From assembly GCA_000996085.1 (NCBI GenBank), contig LBYG01000001.1, positions 651 to 64,650 of the forward strand: 64,000 nucleotides of DNA. The letters are read 5' to 3'. This document shows, in pieces, positions 1 through 10,070 of the stretch. The notes under the pieces were generated by a model, which did no database searches, was not told the origin of the DNA, and worked only from the letters and a program-made list of their open reading frames with translations. This stretch comes from Parcubacteria group bacterium GW2011_GWB1_40_14. Lineage in GTDB: Bacteria > Patescibacteriota > Minisyncoccia > Terrybacterales > GWB1-40-14. The position numbers and the translations under genes were made by a program. Numbering within the stretch: the stretch's first letter is position 1; the number at the start of each line of letters is the position of its first letter.

Positions 1-13
1 GGCGGGGGCTCTG

Positions 14-976
14 TTGGAAAATTTTCTTATTGCAGCCGTATCATCTCTTTTATTAATAAGGGCTTTTCTTAATTTAACCGGATATCCACAATTTGGTTCC
101 GGGGATTGGCATATTGCTCATATGTTATGGGGCGGCATGTTAATGATGGCCTCAATCTTCATGCTTTTATGGTTTTTGGATAAAAATGCCAAACGAATTG
201 CAGCAATAATAGGGGGGGTGGGTTTTGGAGCCTTTATAGATGAATTGGGCAAATTCTTAACCAGTGATAACAATTATTTTTTTCAACCAACCATAGTTCT
301 GATCTATATAATTTTTGTGTTTCTTTTTCTTGTTGTCCGCGCCATCGAAAAATATATTAAGTTATCAAACAAAGATTACGCTATAAACGCCCTTGAAGTT
401 ATGAAAGAAGTTGTTTTGTATGATTTAGATGAACAGGAACGACAACGCGCGCTGCATTTTCTGGAATTAAGCGATCACGACAATCCTGCCGTTGAACCTC
501 TTAAAAAAATGCTCAGTTCTTTAGAGGGCAAGCCCGTGAAAAAAATAGGCATTTTGACTAGATTTAAAAAATTGCTATACGATATCTATATCGAACTTAT
601 CCAAAAGAAGTGGTTTGTTAACGTTCTGGTTTTCTATTTTATAGTTTTCGCAATTTTTAATTTAAGCATCGCTTATGAGGCAATACAAAAAAATGTGACC
701 TTTAATACGCAAGGACAGTTTATTTCCTCAATAATTTCATTAGCTTTTTCTCTTCTCGGTACATACTTTATCGTAATGGATAAACGACTTCTTTCGTATG
801 AAATGTTTAAGGATTCTGTGATCGTGTCTTTGTTTCTTACCCAATTTTTCTTATTTTATACGAAACATTGGTTTGGACTATTTATACTCATAATTAATTT
901 GCTTATTTTAGTTGTATCGCAATATCTAATAGAACAGGAACAAATAATTTATCAGAAACAAAAACATATTATTTAA
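14..976 (+). CDS. conserved multi-pass membrane protein of unknown function (true start may lie upstream of the window)
   Basis: 320-aa ORF with about 8 hydrophobic segments; HIAHMLWGG and GFGAFIDELGKF motifs. Confidence 0.75.
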   Translation: MENFLIAAVSSLLLIRAFLNLTGYPQFGSGDWHIAHMLWGGMLMMASIFMLLWFLDKNAKRIAAIIGGVGFGAFIDELGKFLTSDNNYFFQPTIVLIYIIFVFLFLVVRAIEKYIKLSNKDYAINALEVMKEVVLYDLDEQERQRALHFLELSDHDNPAVEPLKKMLSSLEGKPVKKIGILTRFKKLLYDIYIELIQKKWFVNVLVFYFIVFAIFNLSIAYEAIQKNVTFNTQGQFISSIISLAFSLLGTYFIVMDKRLLSYEMFKDSVIVSLFLTQFFLFYTKHWFGLFILIINLLILVVSQYLIEQEQIIYQKQKHII

Positions 977-1008
977 ATTACGACTGTGCAGTAAAAATGA
1001 GACAAATT

Positions 1009-1040
1009 AAGAAAAACCGCCTATGCAAGGCGATTTTCTT
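1009..1040 (+). terminator. rho-independent terminator
   Basis: aagaaaa-cgcc..ggcg-ttttctt hairpin after the ORF. Confidence 0.55.
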
Positions 1041-1102
1041 GTTGTAAGAACGGTTTTTGGTATATAATTATACATATTAGTATTTAACTTTAATATATAA
1101 AC

Positions 1103-1714
1103 ATGAAAATAAGTGAAATATTTAAAACTCGTAAAACGCGCTTGCCGGCAATGGGACTTATCGTTGCAGTTTTTGTGATACCCGCTGCAGCTTTGATCAC
1201 AACAGCTTTTTGTAATAACAGATGGTGTCAAATTTTTCCGTGGCAGAACAAAACCATATCTGGGTTTGAAGAATGTGTTAGTTTGGGTTATCCTGTCGCA
1301 GAATCACAGCCTAGGCGCTGTTTAACTCCGCAGGGAAGTTTTGTAGAGAATTTAGAGCAACCCACAGGTGGAATAGCAGAATCTTTTTATAGTGAAGAAA
1401 TTGCGGTTGATACGCCGCTTATCAATGCTTTAGTTACAAGTCCGCTTGAAATTAAGGGGAAGGCCAGAGGAAGTTGGTTTTTCGAAGCGTCTTTTCCGGT
1501 TAGTATAGTTGATGCAAATAATAATATTTTAGGGCAATGGTACGCGGAAGCGCTTGAAGATTGGATGACCACAGAATTTGTACCATTCAAAGCAGAATTA
1601 AGTTTTTCTGCTTCTGAAACAAAAATGGGATTTTTAATACTTTCCAAAGACAATCCTTCAGGTTTGCCGGAAAATGACGCAGAAATAAAAATCCCCGTGT
1701 TGTTTACTGAATAA
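1103..1714 (+). CDS. membrane-anchored Gmad2 immunoglobulin-like domain protein
   Basis: N-terminal TM, FEECVSLGYPVAESQPRRC module, GKARGSWFFEASFPV and KDNPSGLPEND motifs. Confidence 0.8.
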   Translation: MKISEIFKTRKTRLPAMGLIVAVFVIPAAALITTAFCNNRWCQIFPWQNKTISGFEECVSLGYPVAESQPRRCLTPQGSFVENLEQPTGGIAESFYSEEIAVDTPLINALVTSPLEIKGKARGSWFFEASFPVSIVDANNNILGQWYAEALEDWMTTEFVPFKAELSFSASETKMGFLILSKDNPSGLPENDAEIKIPVLFTE

Positions 1715-1781
1715 ATAAGCTAAAAACGTTTAATGTTTAAAGGATCTATGTATATAGATTTAAAGCTTTTGTTTTAAGAAA

Positions 1782-2582
1782 ATGCACAATATTATTGAAG
1801 TTAAGGATTTAATAAAGAAGTATAAAGATTTTACCGCTGTTGACGGTATTTCTTTTTCTGTGGGCAGGGGAGAGTTTTTTGGCTTTGTAGGACCAAATGG
1901 CGCAGGAAAAACGACAACAATAAGCATACTTTCAACGTTGCTGGCGCCCACATCGGGAACGGTTATGGTCAATGATTTTGATGTTGCAAAACAAACCAAC
2001 CAAGTACGTTCTTCGATAGGTATAATTTTTCAGGATCCCGCTCTTGATGTTGAACTTACGGCCTGGGAGAATTTATGGCTGCACGCTAAATTATATGATG
2101 TTCCAAAAGATAAATTTGAAGAGCGAGCCAAAGAACTTTTAGAATTGGTAGATATGGTTGAATGGAAAAATAAAATAGTAAGATCTTTTTCCGGTGGCAT
2201 GAAGCGGAGACTTGAAGTAGTAAGAGGTCTTTTGCATCACCCCAAAGTCTTGTTTTTAGACGAACCTACTATAGGTCTTGATCCGCAAACCAGAGCTTTA
2301 ATATGGCAGTATCTCAAGAATTTGCGCGCAAAAGAGGATATAACTGTTTTTGTTACAACGCATTATTTGCCCGAGACAGAAAATTGTGACCATATTGCAA
2401 TAATGGATAAGGGTAAGATTATCGCATATGGATCACCCGAAGAATTAAAGACGCAATTTAATCAACATTCTATGGATGGTGTTTTTATTGAAGTAACCGG
2501 ACACGGTATACGCGATGAAGAACTTTCTGCTGACGCCACGGCGCGCACTCAGTTCAAACAGAGAGGAGGATGGAGAAGATGA
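1782..2582 (+). CDS. ABC transporter ATP-binding protein (DrrA-like)
   Basis: Walker A GPNGAGKTT, signature FSGGMKRR, Walker B FLDEP. Confidence 0.93.
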   Translation: MHNIIEVKDLIKKYKDFTAVDGISFSVGRGEFFGFVGPNGAGKTTTISILSTLLAPTSGTVMVNDFDVAKQTNQVRSSIGIIFQDPALDVELTAWENLWLHAKLYDVPKDKFEERAKELLELVDMVEWKNKIVRSFSGGMKRRLEVVRGLLHHPKVLFLDEPTIGLDPQTRALIWQYLKNLRAKEDITVFVTTHYLPETENCDHIAIMDKGKIIAYGSPEELKTQFNQHSMDGVFIEVTGHGIRDEELSADATARTQFKQRGGWRR

Positions 2583-3382
2583 GCCATTTTATCAACAGTA
2601 TATATATAATCTGGTATAGAGAATTACTCCGTTTTTGGCGTAATAAAATGAGGGTTTTGACGGGTTTTTCTTTTCCTTTGTTGTGGCTTTTGATTTTCGG
2701 TAATGGAATTTCTGCTTCACTTAGTCTTCCTATACCGGGAGTTAAATTCGTGCAATTTTTGTTTCCGGGGATAATTGCCCAATATTTGATATTTACCGGT
2801 ATGTTTTCTGCTATTTCTATATTGCAGGACAGGGAATTTGGTTTTTTGAAAGAAATATTGGTTTCTCCGATAAGCCGTACGGCTATTGCACTTGGCAAAA
2901 TATTGGGCGGTGCAACAACCTCAAGTCTTCAGGTACTGCCAATACTTTTTCTTGGGCCGCTTGTAGGTGTAAATCTGACAGTAAAAATGATTTTATTGCT
3001 CATACCCGCCATTATACTTTTAGCCATAGCTTTGAGCTCTATAGGCGTAGCAATTACAGCAAGAATGAAATCTCTAGATGCCGGGCAATATATTTTCCAA
3101 TTTCTTGCGTTTCCTCTCGTAATGCTTTCAGGCGCGGTTTTCCCTTTGCATAATTTACCGGTATGGTTGAATTTATTGACAAAAATAAATCCGATTTCTT
3201 ATGCCGTAGATATATTGCGTAAAATTGTTTTTGAAAATAGTAATTTGCCCCCGCAAGCAATAGAATCATTAAGTCCAACCATAAATGGACATGTAGTTGC
3301 CATACACCACGAACTGCTTATAGTTGTTCTCTTTTCTTCGGTAATGATATTTTTTGCTTCACGGGCATTCCATAAGGCATAG
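2579..3382 (+). CDS. ABC-2 type permease (DrrB-like)
   Basis: 6 TM, DREFGFLKEILVSPISR motif; ATG overlaps the upstream stop (ATGA). Confidence 0.92.
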   Translation: MSHFINSIYIIWYRELLRFWRNKMRVLTGFSFPLLWLLIFGNGISASLSLPIPGVKFVQFLFPGIIAQYLIFTGMFSAISILQDREFGFLKEILVSPISRTAIALGKILGGATTSSLQVLPILFLGPLVGVNLTVKMILLLIPAIILLAIALSSIGVAITARMKSLDAGQYIFQFLAFPLVMLSGAVFPLHNLPVWLNLLTKINPISYAVDILRKIVFENSNLPPQAIESLSPTINGHVVAIHHELLIVVLFSSVMIFFASRAFHKA

Positions 3383-3441
3383 CCATACAAATATTTTTGA
3401 TAAAATAAAGAACTCTAATTTACTTTAAGGGGGGAAAGTCT

Positions 3442-3477
3442 GTGGCAGGCTTAAAGATATTACAGTTGCTAAGGTAA
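3442..3477 (+). CDS. candidate 11-aa small peptide (MAGLKILQLLR)
   Basis: TGATAAAAT at 3398-3406, SD aagggggg 7 nt before GTG, double stop TAATAG. Confidence 0.25.
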   Translation: MAGLKILQLLR

Positions 3478-3503
3478 TAGAAATATATCTAAGTAAAATT
3501 TAT

Positions 3504-3537
3504 AAAACAGTCCCGATTAATTTTCAGGACTGTTTTT
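3504..3537. terminator. bidirectional terminator between convergent units
   Basis: aaaacagtcc..ggactgtttt inverted repeat overlapping the obgE stop. Confidence 0.6.
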
Positions 3538-4509
3538 ATTTTCAACGTATTTCTCTTTAATTAGTTTATTCAATATCTTCTTAACTTTTTCAAGCGTATC
3601 CCAATCATGTATGGAAAGAGGGTAGGCCTTTATTCTATTCTTTTTGAATTGTGCAATTTTCTTCTTTAATTCTTTTGTGTCTACGGTATCGCTTTTGCTT
3701 AAAAAAACAATTTCTTTCTTTTTTAACAGTGATTTATTGTAAGCGCCCAATTCTTTTCTGATAGTTTTATAATCATGAAACGGTTTTTCAGCGTCGGCTG
3801 CGACAAGATGAAAAAGTAATTTTGTTCGCTCGACATGTTTTAAAAATTTGATACCCAGTCCTTTTCCTAAAGAAGCGCCCTCAATTAGTCCCGGAATATC
3901 AGCTAGGATAAGCTCGTAATAAGTGCCCAAATTTGGTTCCAGTGTGGTAAAAGGATAATTGGCAACCTTGCTCTGGGCGTTTGTTAATTCGTTAAGCAAG
4001 CTTGATTTGCCGGCATTTGGTATCCCAATAAATCCAACGTCAGCAATCAATTTTAACTCAAGCCGTATCGTAAATTGTTCTCCTGGAAGTCCTTTTTGAA
4101 ATTGTTTTGGGCTTGTATTGCGTGAAGAACGGAACAGGAAATTTCCTTTTCCGCCGCGGCCGCCCCTTACCGCCAAAAGACGTTCTCCTATTTTAGTTAT
4201 TTCACTGTTAGTTCCTTTAGTTTTGTTATGTATGACAGTGCCGACGGGAACCTTCAGAATTATATCTTCCCCGTTTGGACCGTCGTTTAGCTGATGCCCG
4301 CCCAACTTACCGCTTTGCGCAAAAAACTCTTTTCTATATCTGAATTGTTGCAAACTTCCAAGATCAGAAATTCCTTCAAAATAAATGTTGCCTCCGTCTC
4401 CTCCGGATCCACCCGCAGGGCCAAGACTCATTTTGGTCTTGTGAAAGGCAACCGCGCCTTTGCCTCCGTCTCCGGCCTGAACCTTTATTGTTACGTCATC
4501 TACCAACAT
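3517..4509 (-). CDS. obgE: GTPase ObgE (short form, no C-terminal extension)
   Basis: Gly-rich Obg fold, GIPNAGKSS, YPFTTLEP, DIPGLIEGA. Confidence 0.96.
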   Translation of the reverse strand: MLVDDVTIKVQAGDGGKGAVAFHKTKMSLGPAGGSGGDGGNIYFEGISDLGSLQQFRYRKEFFAQSGKLGGHQLNDGPNGEDIILKVPVGTVIHNKTKGTNSEITKIGERLLAVRGGRGGKGNFLFRSSRNTSPKQFQKGLPGEQFTIRLELKLIADVGFIGIPNAGKSSLLNELTNAQSKVANYPFTTLEPNLGTYYELILADIPGLIEGASLGKGLGIKFLKHVERTKLLFHLVAADAEKPFHDYKTIRKELGAYNKSLLKKKEIVFLSKSDTVDTKELKKKIAQFKKNRIKAYPLSIHDWDTLEKVKKILNKLIKEKYVENKNSPEN

Positions 4510-4511
4510 AA

Positions 4512-5747
4512 TTAATTACTTAACGCCGGGGATAATTTAAGTTGAATGCTTTCTCCTTGCGGATAAAAGTTTAATTCTTTATTGTTTACAATATAGATTT
4601 CCTGTACATCCCACCCGTAAAGGTTCCAGGTTTCAAGGCAATCACCGGAGCCGTTATTGCATAGAACAAGATGTTTTATTCCGGCGGAGTCGATTTCATA
4701 AATTGTTTTGGGGTCTTCATCCGATTTGATCCAACGCGAAGTTAAGTATTCATTTAAAGAACCGTCATTTATTACTTTAACTTTTCCGGCAAACGGTGAG
4801 AGATGCGGATACCATTGTTCTATGTTGCTGGTAAGTATATGCCGTTTAAATTTTTTGTTTCCGGTCTTTTTTATCAGATACACTTCGTGCCTTGAGCCTT
4901 CGCGGACCAAATCTCCATCATTAAGTGATGTTTCCGGGGCGGCAATTGCCGCAAGTGTAGAAGAATGAATTATTATCGGGGTGCCCACTTCGGCCCAGTC
5001 ATATAATTCTTTATCGTCACCATCAAAAAGCCTTATGCAGCCCAAAGAATAAGCAACGCTTACTTTTTTGCCGTTTTTAAAATAAGGCCAACCATGAAGA
5101 TAATAACCGTCGCTTCTGAAGTTTAAACTCCACGGCATCCATGCCTGCGAAAGACTTGAAAGATGTTTTGGTTCTTTGCGCAATACTTTATATTTTCCTT
5201 CCGGCGTATCGCCTCGTCCCGGTCTGCCCTTGCCGGCCACAGGAAAAGTTTTAACTACTTGTCCATCCTGGAATAGGGCAATAACCATGCTTTTGAGGTT
5301 AATATCTATATATTTACCGCTTGTGATTTGCGGATCATAGACCTCTTTTGAAATTTCTGTTGTATTATTTACATTAGTAACTTTAAAGGTATATGTTTTG
5401 TTTAGCGGTCCTACGGTCGCAAAAAAAGAAGGGGAAACAACTTTTATTTCGTAGTTTATATCGGGATTAAAACCCAAGTCAGGCAAGAATATTAATTCAT
5501 GCTGATCAGTCAGCCAAATGACCTCACCTTTTGTTTCAGGGAGGATTTTGAACGAATTTATTGCGGTCTTTTCGGAGATCCAAGAAGGATATTTTACTGT
5601 TATTTGGTCACCGATCTCGGGAGTTTCGGTGCGGTCTATAGAAACCGTATATCGGGGGGTTTTTGCTATTAGTGAAAACAACAAACCGCCTGCGGTTATT
5701 CCGCTAACGATAGCTAAGAAAAGAGTAGGTTTAACGATTTTGTGCAT
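4512..5747 (-). CDS. L,D-transpeptidase (YkuD) family protein with N-terminal Ig-like and C-terminal repeat domains
   Basis: N-terminal TM; TPEGKY, YLHG..SLGCIRL (catalytic His/Cys), VGTPIII. Confidence 0.85.
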   Translation of the reverse strand: MHKIVKPTLFLAIVSGITAGGLLFSLIAKTPRYTVSIDRTETPEIGDQITVKYPSWISEKTAINSFKILPETKGEVIWLTDQHELIFLPDLGFNPDINYEIKVVSPSFFATVGPLNKTYTFKVTNVNNTTEISKEVYDPQITSGKYIDINLKSMVIALFQDGQVVKTFPVAGKGRPGRGDTPEGKYKVLRKEPKHLSSLSQAWMPWSLNFRSDGYYLHGWPYFKNGKKVSVAYSLGCIRLFDGDDKELYDWAEVGTPIIIHSSTLAAIAAPETSLNDGDLVREGSRHEVYLIKKTGNKKFKRHILTSNIEQWYPHLSPFAGKVKVINDGSLNEYLTSRWIKSDEDPKTIYEIDSAGIKHLVLCNNGSGDCLETWNLYGWDVQEIYIVNNKELNFYPQGESIQLKLSPALSN

Positions 5748-5795
5748 GTTTATAGTATAACAGTAAAAGAATTAAAACGGCAGAATGTTTTTATC

Positions 5796-5824
5796 TTGAC
5801 AATACTCCATTTATTTGTTATTAT
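5796..5824 (+). promoter_or_regulatory. sigma70-type promoter
   Basis: TTGACA-N17-TATTAT upstream of the CAP gene. Confidence 0.6.
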
Positions 5825-5938
5825 ATAGAACAAGGCCACAGTATATAATATTGCTGTGGCCATTCTACTAAAAATAAGGTTTTTACAAGTAAGGAAATAA
5901 AAGATATAATCTATATAGATATTTGGGGCAATCTCTTT

Positions 5939-7073
5939 ATGACAAAAGTATTTAAAAGAATCAGTGAGCATGCAATAGATTTCTTGGTTCCTTCGGAAAG
6001 GAACGGATTTATACCGCGGGCTTTGGGCGTGCGCTCTTTTTTTTACTACGGCTTTTTAATCTTTGTTGTAGCTATAATGCTTTTTTCTCCGCTAACAAAG
6101 ACTTTGCCCTGGAGAGTCTTTTTAGCCAATCTTTCACAGGAATTAATTTTGACTCAGACAAACCCGGTAAGACAATCAGTGGGCATTTCTCCTCTTCAAG
6201 TAGACCCGCTTTTAGCTGAGGCTGCGCGCATGAAAGCAGAGGACATGATAGCTAGAGATTATTTTTCACACATAGGTCCAAGCGGTGAATTGCCGTGGAA
6301 ATGGATAGAGGCTTTGGGTTATAAATATGCCGCTGCAGGAGAAAATCTCGCGATAGATTTTTCTGATCCAAGCGCTTTAGTTAATGCGTGGATGGCTTCA
6401 CCAACTCACGCGGCAAACATACAAAATGGGGTTTTTACTGATGTTGGTATAGGAGTTGCCGAAGGTGTGTTTGAAGGAAGAAATACAGCAGTTGTAGTTA
6501 TGTTTTTAGGAAGCAAAGCAAAAACCACTGTTGCGGTAGTTCAGCCTTCTCCTCCACCTGCTCCATTGTTCGCTCCTGAGCCCCCTCCCGCACCGGATCC
6601 TGTTTCACAGCCTGATCCAGTACCGTCACCAGTACCAGTTGAGCCTACTGAAACCTCACAACAAACAGTTACATCGGTTCCTATAAACACTCAAGCTGTC
6701 AGATCAGATACGCCTACAATATCTGAGAACAATATCTGAGAAGGTGGTTGCATTAAATTCCGGAAATAATGAAACTGTAGAACTTCAAAAACCTCTTATT
6801 GTTAGAACAGAAGAGATTGTTCGTAACGATGTTGCTGTAGAAGAATCTGCGGAAATTGTTTCGGATGATAAAACCAATGCCAATACGTTGGGATTGTTTT
6901 TAATTCAAGCGCCAACAATAGCGCGATTTGGTTTAAGTTTGTTTTTTGCATCTATGTTTGGTGTTGCGGTTTTGATGTTTATGTTTGATAAAGCTTGGGC
7001 ACCGCGCTTTATTTCTCGGGCAAGCATTTCGTTATTGTTAATATCGGCTCTTTGGGTTCCGGAAATTTTATAA
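5939..7073 (+). pseudogene. CAP/SCP-domain membrane protein split by a 13-bp tandem duplication (ORFs 5939-6739 and 6744-7073)
   Basis: KAEDM..YFSH, AGENLA, WMASPTHAANI; Pro-rich linker; acaatatctgaga x2 at 6716-6741 shifts the frame. Confidence 0.8.
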
Positions 7074-7292
7074 AGCTATTTTTATGCGCGACGACTAAAT
7101 CTCCACACAGGGAGGTTTTTATTTATATATTATGGTTGCTAAGGTTTTTCACAAATAAAAGCATCTATTCTTGCGAATTGATAGTATTTATGGTATAGCA
7201 TTTCTAGCGTATTCGTTCTTTGAAAGGAGAATGGCATAATTATTTAAGCTTTAACACGGCAATTGCGAGACAAATAGTAGCGGAGGTTAGGA

Positions 7293-9241
7293 ATGTTTCG
7301 CTCGAAGCGTCACGCCCGGAACTTTTTTGCTGCATCTGCCTCAGCCCTTTTGTTTTTTTCGTTGTTTGTTCCACGCAGCGCATTTGCTGTTGGTCCAGAC
7401 ATCGTCTTAAGCGAAAGCGGCTGGAGTGATCCTGCGGTAGGTAAACCGGAGTTTCTGTTAGAAATATTTCGGTAAACGGTTTCTTTTACGGGTTATATGT
7501 AAATTTCTCGACAGGCGTTACTTTAGATGCCAATACACTTGGCATTAATAATTACGGTATATATCTGAATTTTTCCGACGGTAACGTCATTCGCAATAAT
7601 TCTGTTTCAGATAGTTCCGCAACAGGCATTTTTACTCAGGAATCCGATAACAATACGATTTCCGGAAATGAAGTTCGTCTCAGCGGTTTCGGTATTTTTC
7701 TTGGGAGATCTTCTCTCAATACAGTATCGAATAACATCGCCATATCAAACGGCCTTCACGGAATTACGCTTGATTCTAATTCGAATTCAAATACTGTTGC
7801 AGATAATTTTGTTTTGGATAATAGCGCAAACGGCATTGCTTTGTTTTTGAATAGCAGCGGCAATGTTTTGTCCGGAAACACTTCTTCGGGTAATGGCGCT
7901 AACGGTTTATTGCTTTATTTCTCTCCGAATAACGTTGTGAGCAATAACGTTTCGGAAGAGAATTTTAACGGTATCCAGATCGGTTCTTTTGCCAACGATA
8001 ATAGTATTGTCGGCAATACCGTACGTAATAATTCAAATTACGGAATTTTCATTTTTGACCTCAGTACCACAAATACTGTTAAGTACAATACGGTTTCGGG
8101 TAACGGAATCGGAGTTCAGATAACCAATGCTTCGAACAATTCTGTTTACAATAATAACTTTGTAAACAATGCGGTTCAGGCAAGCGTTGAAACTAACGAA
8201 AATACTTTTGGTAACGTTTTCTATAAAGATCTGCCCGTTGGCGGAAATCATTGGAGCGATGGAATTTCTCCGGATGCGGATAACGATGGCTTGCTCGATG
8301 AACCGTATATCTTCTCTGGCGGATTCGATGCGTTTCCGTGGATTGGATTAGACGGTTGGTTTTCGTCACTCCCGCCATCAGATGTAGTTGCTCCGACCAC
8401 AGCAGTTTCTTTAAGCGGAACACAAGGCAATAACAGTTGGTATATTTCAGCCATTAGCGTTGAACTTGTTGCTACGGATAACCAAGATGGTACGGGCGTA
8501 GCCTCGACTGAATATAGTTTTGACGGCTCTTCCTGGAATCTTTATGTTGGTCCGTTTGAAGTAACGCAACAAGGCGAAACGATGCTTTACTGGCGTTCAA
8601 CTGATAATGCCGGAAACGTCGAAGAAGTCTTGTCGCAGATGCTTCGCATCGACACAAGTCCTCCTGAGATAGTTATTGCGACACCGCAGAATAACGCGGA
8701 GTATCTTTTGCATCAAATTGTTAATGCTGACTGGAGTTCTAACGATTCGGTTTCGGGATTGCTCAGCGCAGAGAGCGTTTGTCTAAACGCAGCCGCTCTT
8801 GATACTTTGCAGGAAAATGTTCATACGTGTTCAGTAACAGCGGAAGATAATGCTGGCAATATTACTACGTACAGTGTTACGTATTATGTACGCTATGTAT
8901 TCGGCGGGGTTTTACAGCCAATTAATTCCGATGGCAGTAGCGTTTTTAAACTAAAAGGCTCAATAAAAGTAGCGTTTCAATTGTTTGACGCAAACGGCAA
9001 TTTTGTTACTGATGCAATCGCTACATTAACTTATAAAAAGTTGAGTAACAGTATTTCTGGCTCGCAAAGCGAATCAGTTATTACTGAATCAGCATCAGAA
9101 GGCAACGTCTTCCGTTACGATACCGATAAAGATCAATATTTCTTCATTCTTAAGACAAAAGGATTGTCTGCCGGAACGTGGCAGCTTTCAGTCTCTCTTG
9201 ATGACGGTACGGTTTACACCGTAAATATTTCAGTAAATTAA
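7293..9241 (+). pseudogene. secreted parallel beta-helix (NosD/CASH-like) protein with Ig-like repeats and a PxKF-like C-terminal domain; frameshift near 7441-7445
   Basis: SD ggagg and signal peptide in 7293-7475; the main frame is open from 7445 to 9241 with N-rich GI.L repeats, GGNHWSD, D..AP.T, S.DNAGNVE. Confidence 0.75.
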
Positions 9242-9250
9242 CATTAATAG

Positions 9251-9282
9251 GCCTCCGAAGTAATTCGGAGGCATTTACTTTT
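9251..9282 (+). terminator. rho-independent terminator
   Basis: gcctccgaa-gtaa-ttcggaggc followed by a T-rich tail. Confidence 0.7.
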
Positions 9283-9310
9283 CATTTTATCTTTAGCACG
9301 ATATACTGAA

Positions 9311-9384
9311 AAGTAATCCTTCGGCTTCGCTCAGGATGCACGTGATTGCAACTGCTCGCGAAACTCGCAGGCAATTACGGCATG
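9311..9384 (+). repeat. 74-nt structured leader-like element, copy 1 (ends at the ATG)
   Basis: same length and architecture as reverse complement 26610-26683, with covarying stems. Confidence 0.85.
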
Positions 9385-9582
9385 GATGATGAAATATTAA
9401 AACAACTTAAAGAAAATCAAGTTTTACTTGAAAAGACATATAAAACTGTTGAGCGCCTAAAAAAATATTTTATGTGGACGCTTATAATAACAGTTATTAC
9501 CGTTATACTGCCCATTATCGGATTAATATTTTTGTTGCCAATGCTTATGAGAAGTTTAGGCGGAGGGATTTTGGGACTATAA
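9382..9582 (+). CDS. small membrane protein (coiled coil plus TM)
   Basis: MDDEILKQLKEN..., C-terminal hydrophobic helix. Confidence 0.75.
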   Translation: MDDEILKQLKENQVLLEKTYKTVERLKKYFMWTLIITVITVILPIIGLIFLLPMLMRSLGGGILGL

Positions 9583-9607
9583 AAACACTAGTTAATATAT
9601 TATAAAC

Positions 9608-10069
9608 ATGAAACAAATTTCTGTATTTTTTAGACTAATAGATAAATTTTATCCTCCCGTCAAAGTGCATGCGCATTGTGATGTGCCGTGCGGTTTATAC
9701 GATACTGCTGCGGCAAAAATGGCGGCAAGTACGGTCGTTAAAATGGTAGAGAAAATTAACGCCCTGCCTGACGATGAAAAAGATCCGCAAAAAATGCTTG
9801 AGGCGCGCAATTCTTTTGTCCGTATGGTAATCACTAAAGAACAGCATGCTGAGATATGTAAGCGTGAGCTTTTAATATTATGGACAGACTTTTTTAAATC
9901 CGAGCATCTTGAAATGTTTCCGCAATTACACGAAACATTTTGGCATGCCGCTAAATTATGTTCTAAAAATAAACAGAATATAAGCGCGGAAGCCGCGGAG
10001 GAATTACAGGAAGCGGTGGTTAAGATAGAAGAAATGTTTCTGGCCGTAAAAGCTAAATCAGTAAAATAG
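9608..10069 (+). CDS. sodN: nickel superoxide dismutase precursor
   Basis: nickel-hook HCDVPCGLYD after an N-terminal propeptide; LWTDFFK, CSKNKQN. Confidence 0.95.
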   Translation: MKQISVFFRLIDKFYPPVKVHAHCDVPCGLYDTAAAKMAASTVVKMVEKINALPDDEKDPQKMLEARNSFVRMVITKEQHAEICKRELLILWTDFFKSEHLEMFPQLHETFWHAAKLCSKNKQNISAEAAEELQEAVVKIEEMFLAVKAKSVK

Positions 10070-10070
10070 A

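Noticed and set aside
5834-5861. ggccacag..ctgtggcc hairpin as a member of the CC..GG family
   Set aside because: Ends are GG..CC with no flanking direct repeat; may be an ordinary 5' UTR hairpin or operator
6541-6660. Pro-rich repetitive DNA (also 60500-60570)
   Set aside because: Explained by low-complexity protein linkers
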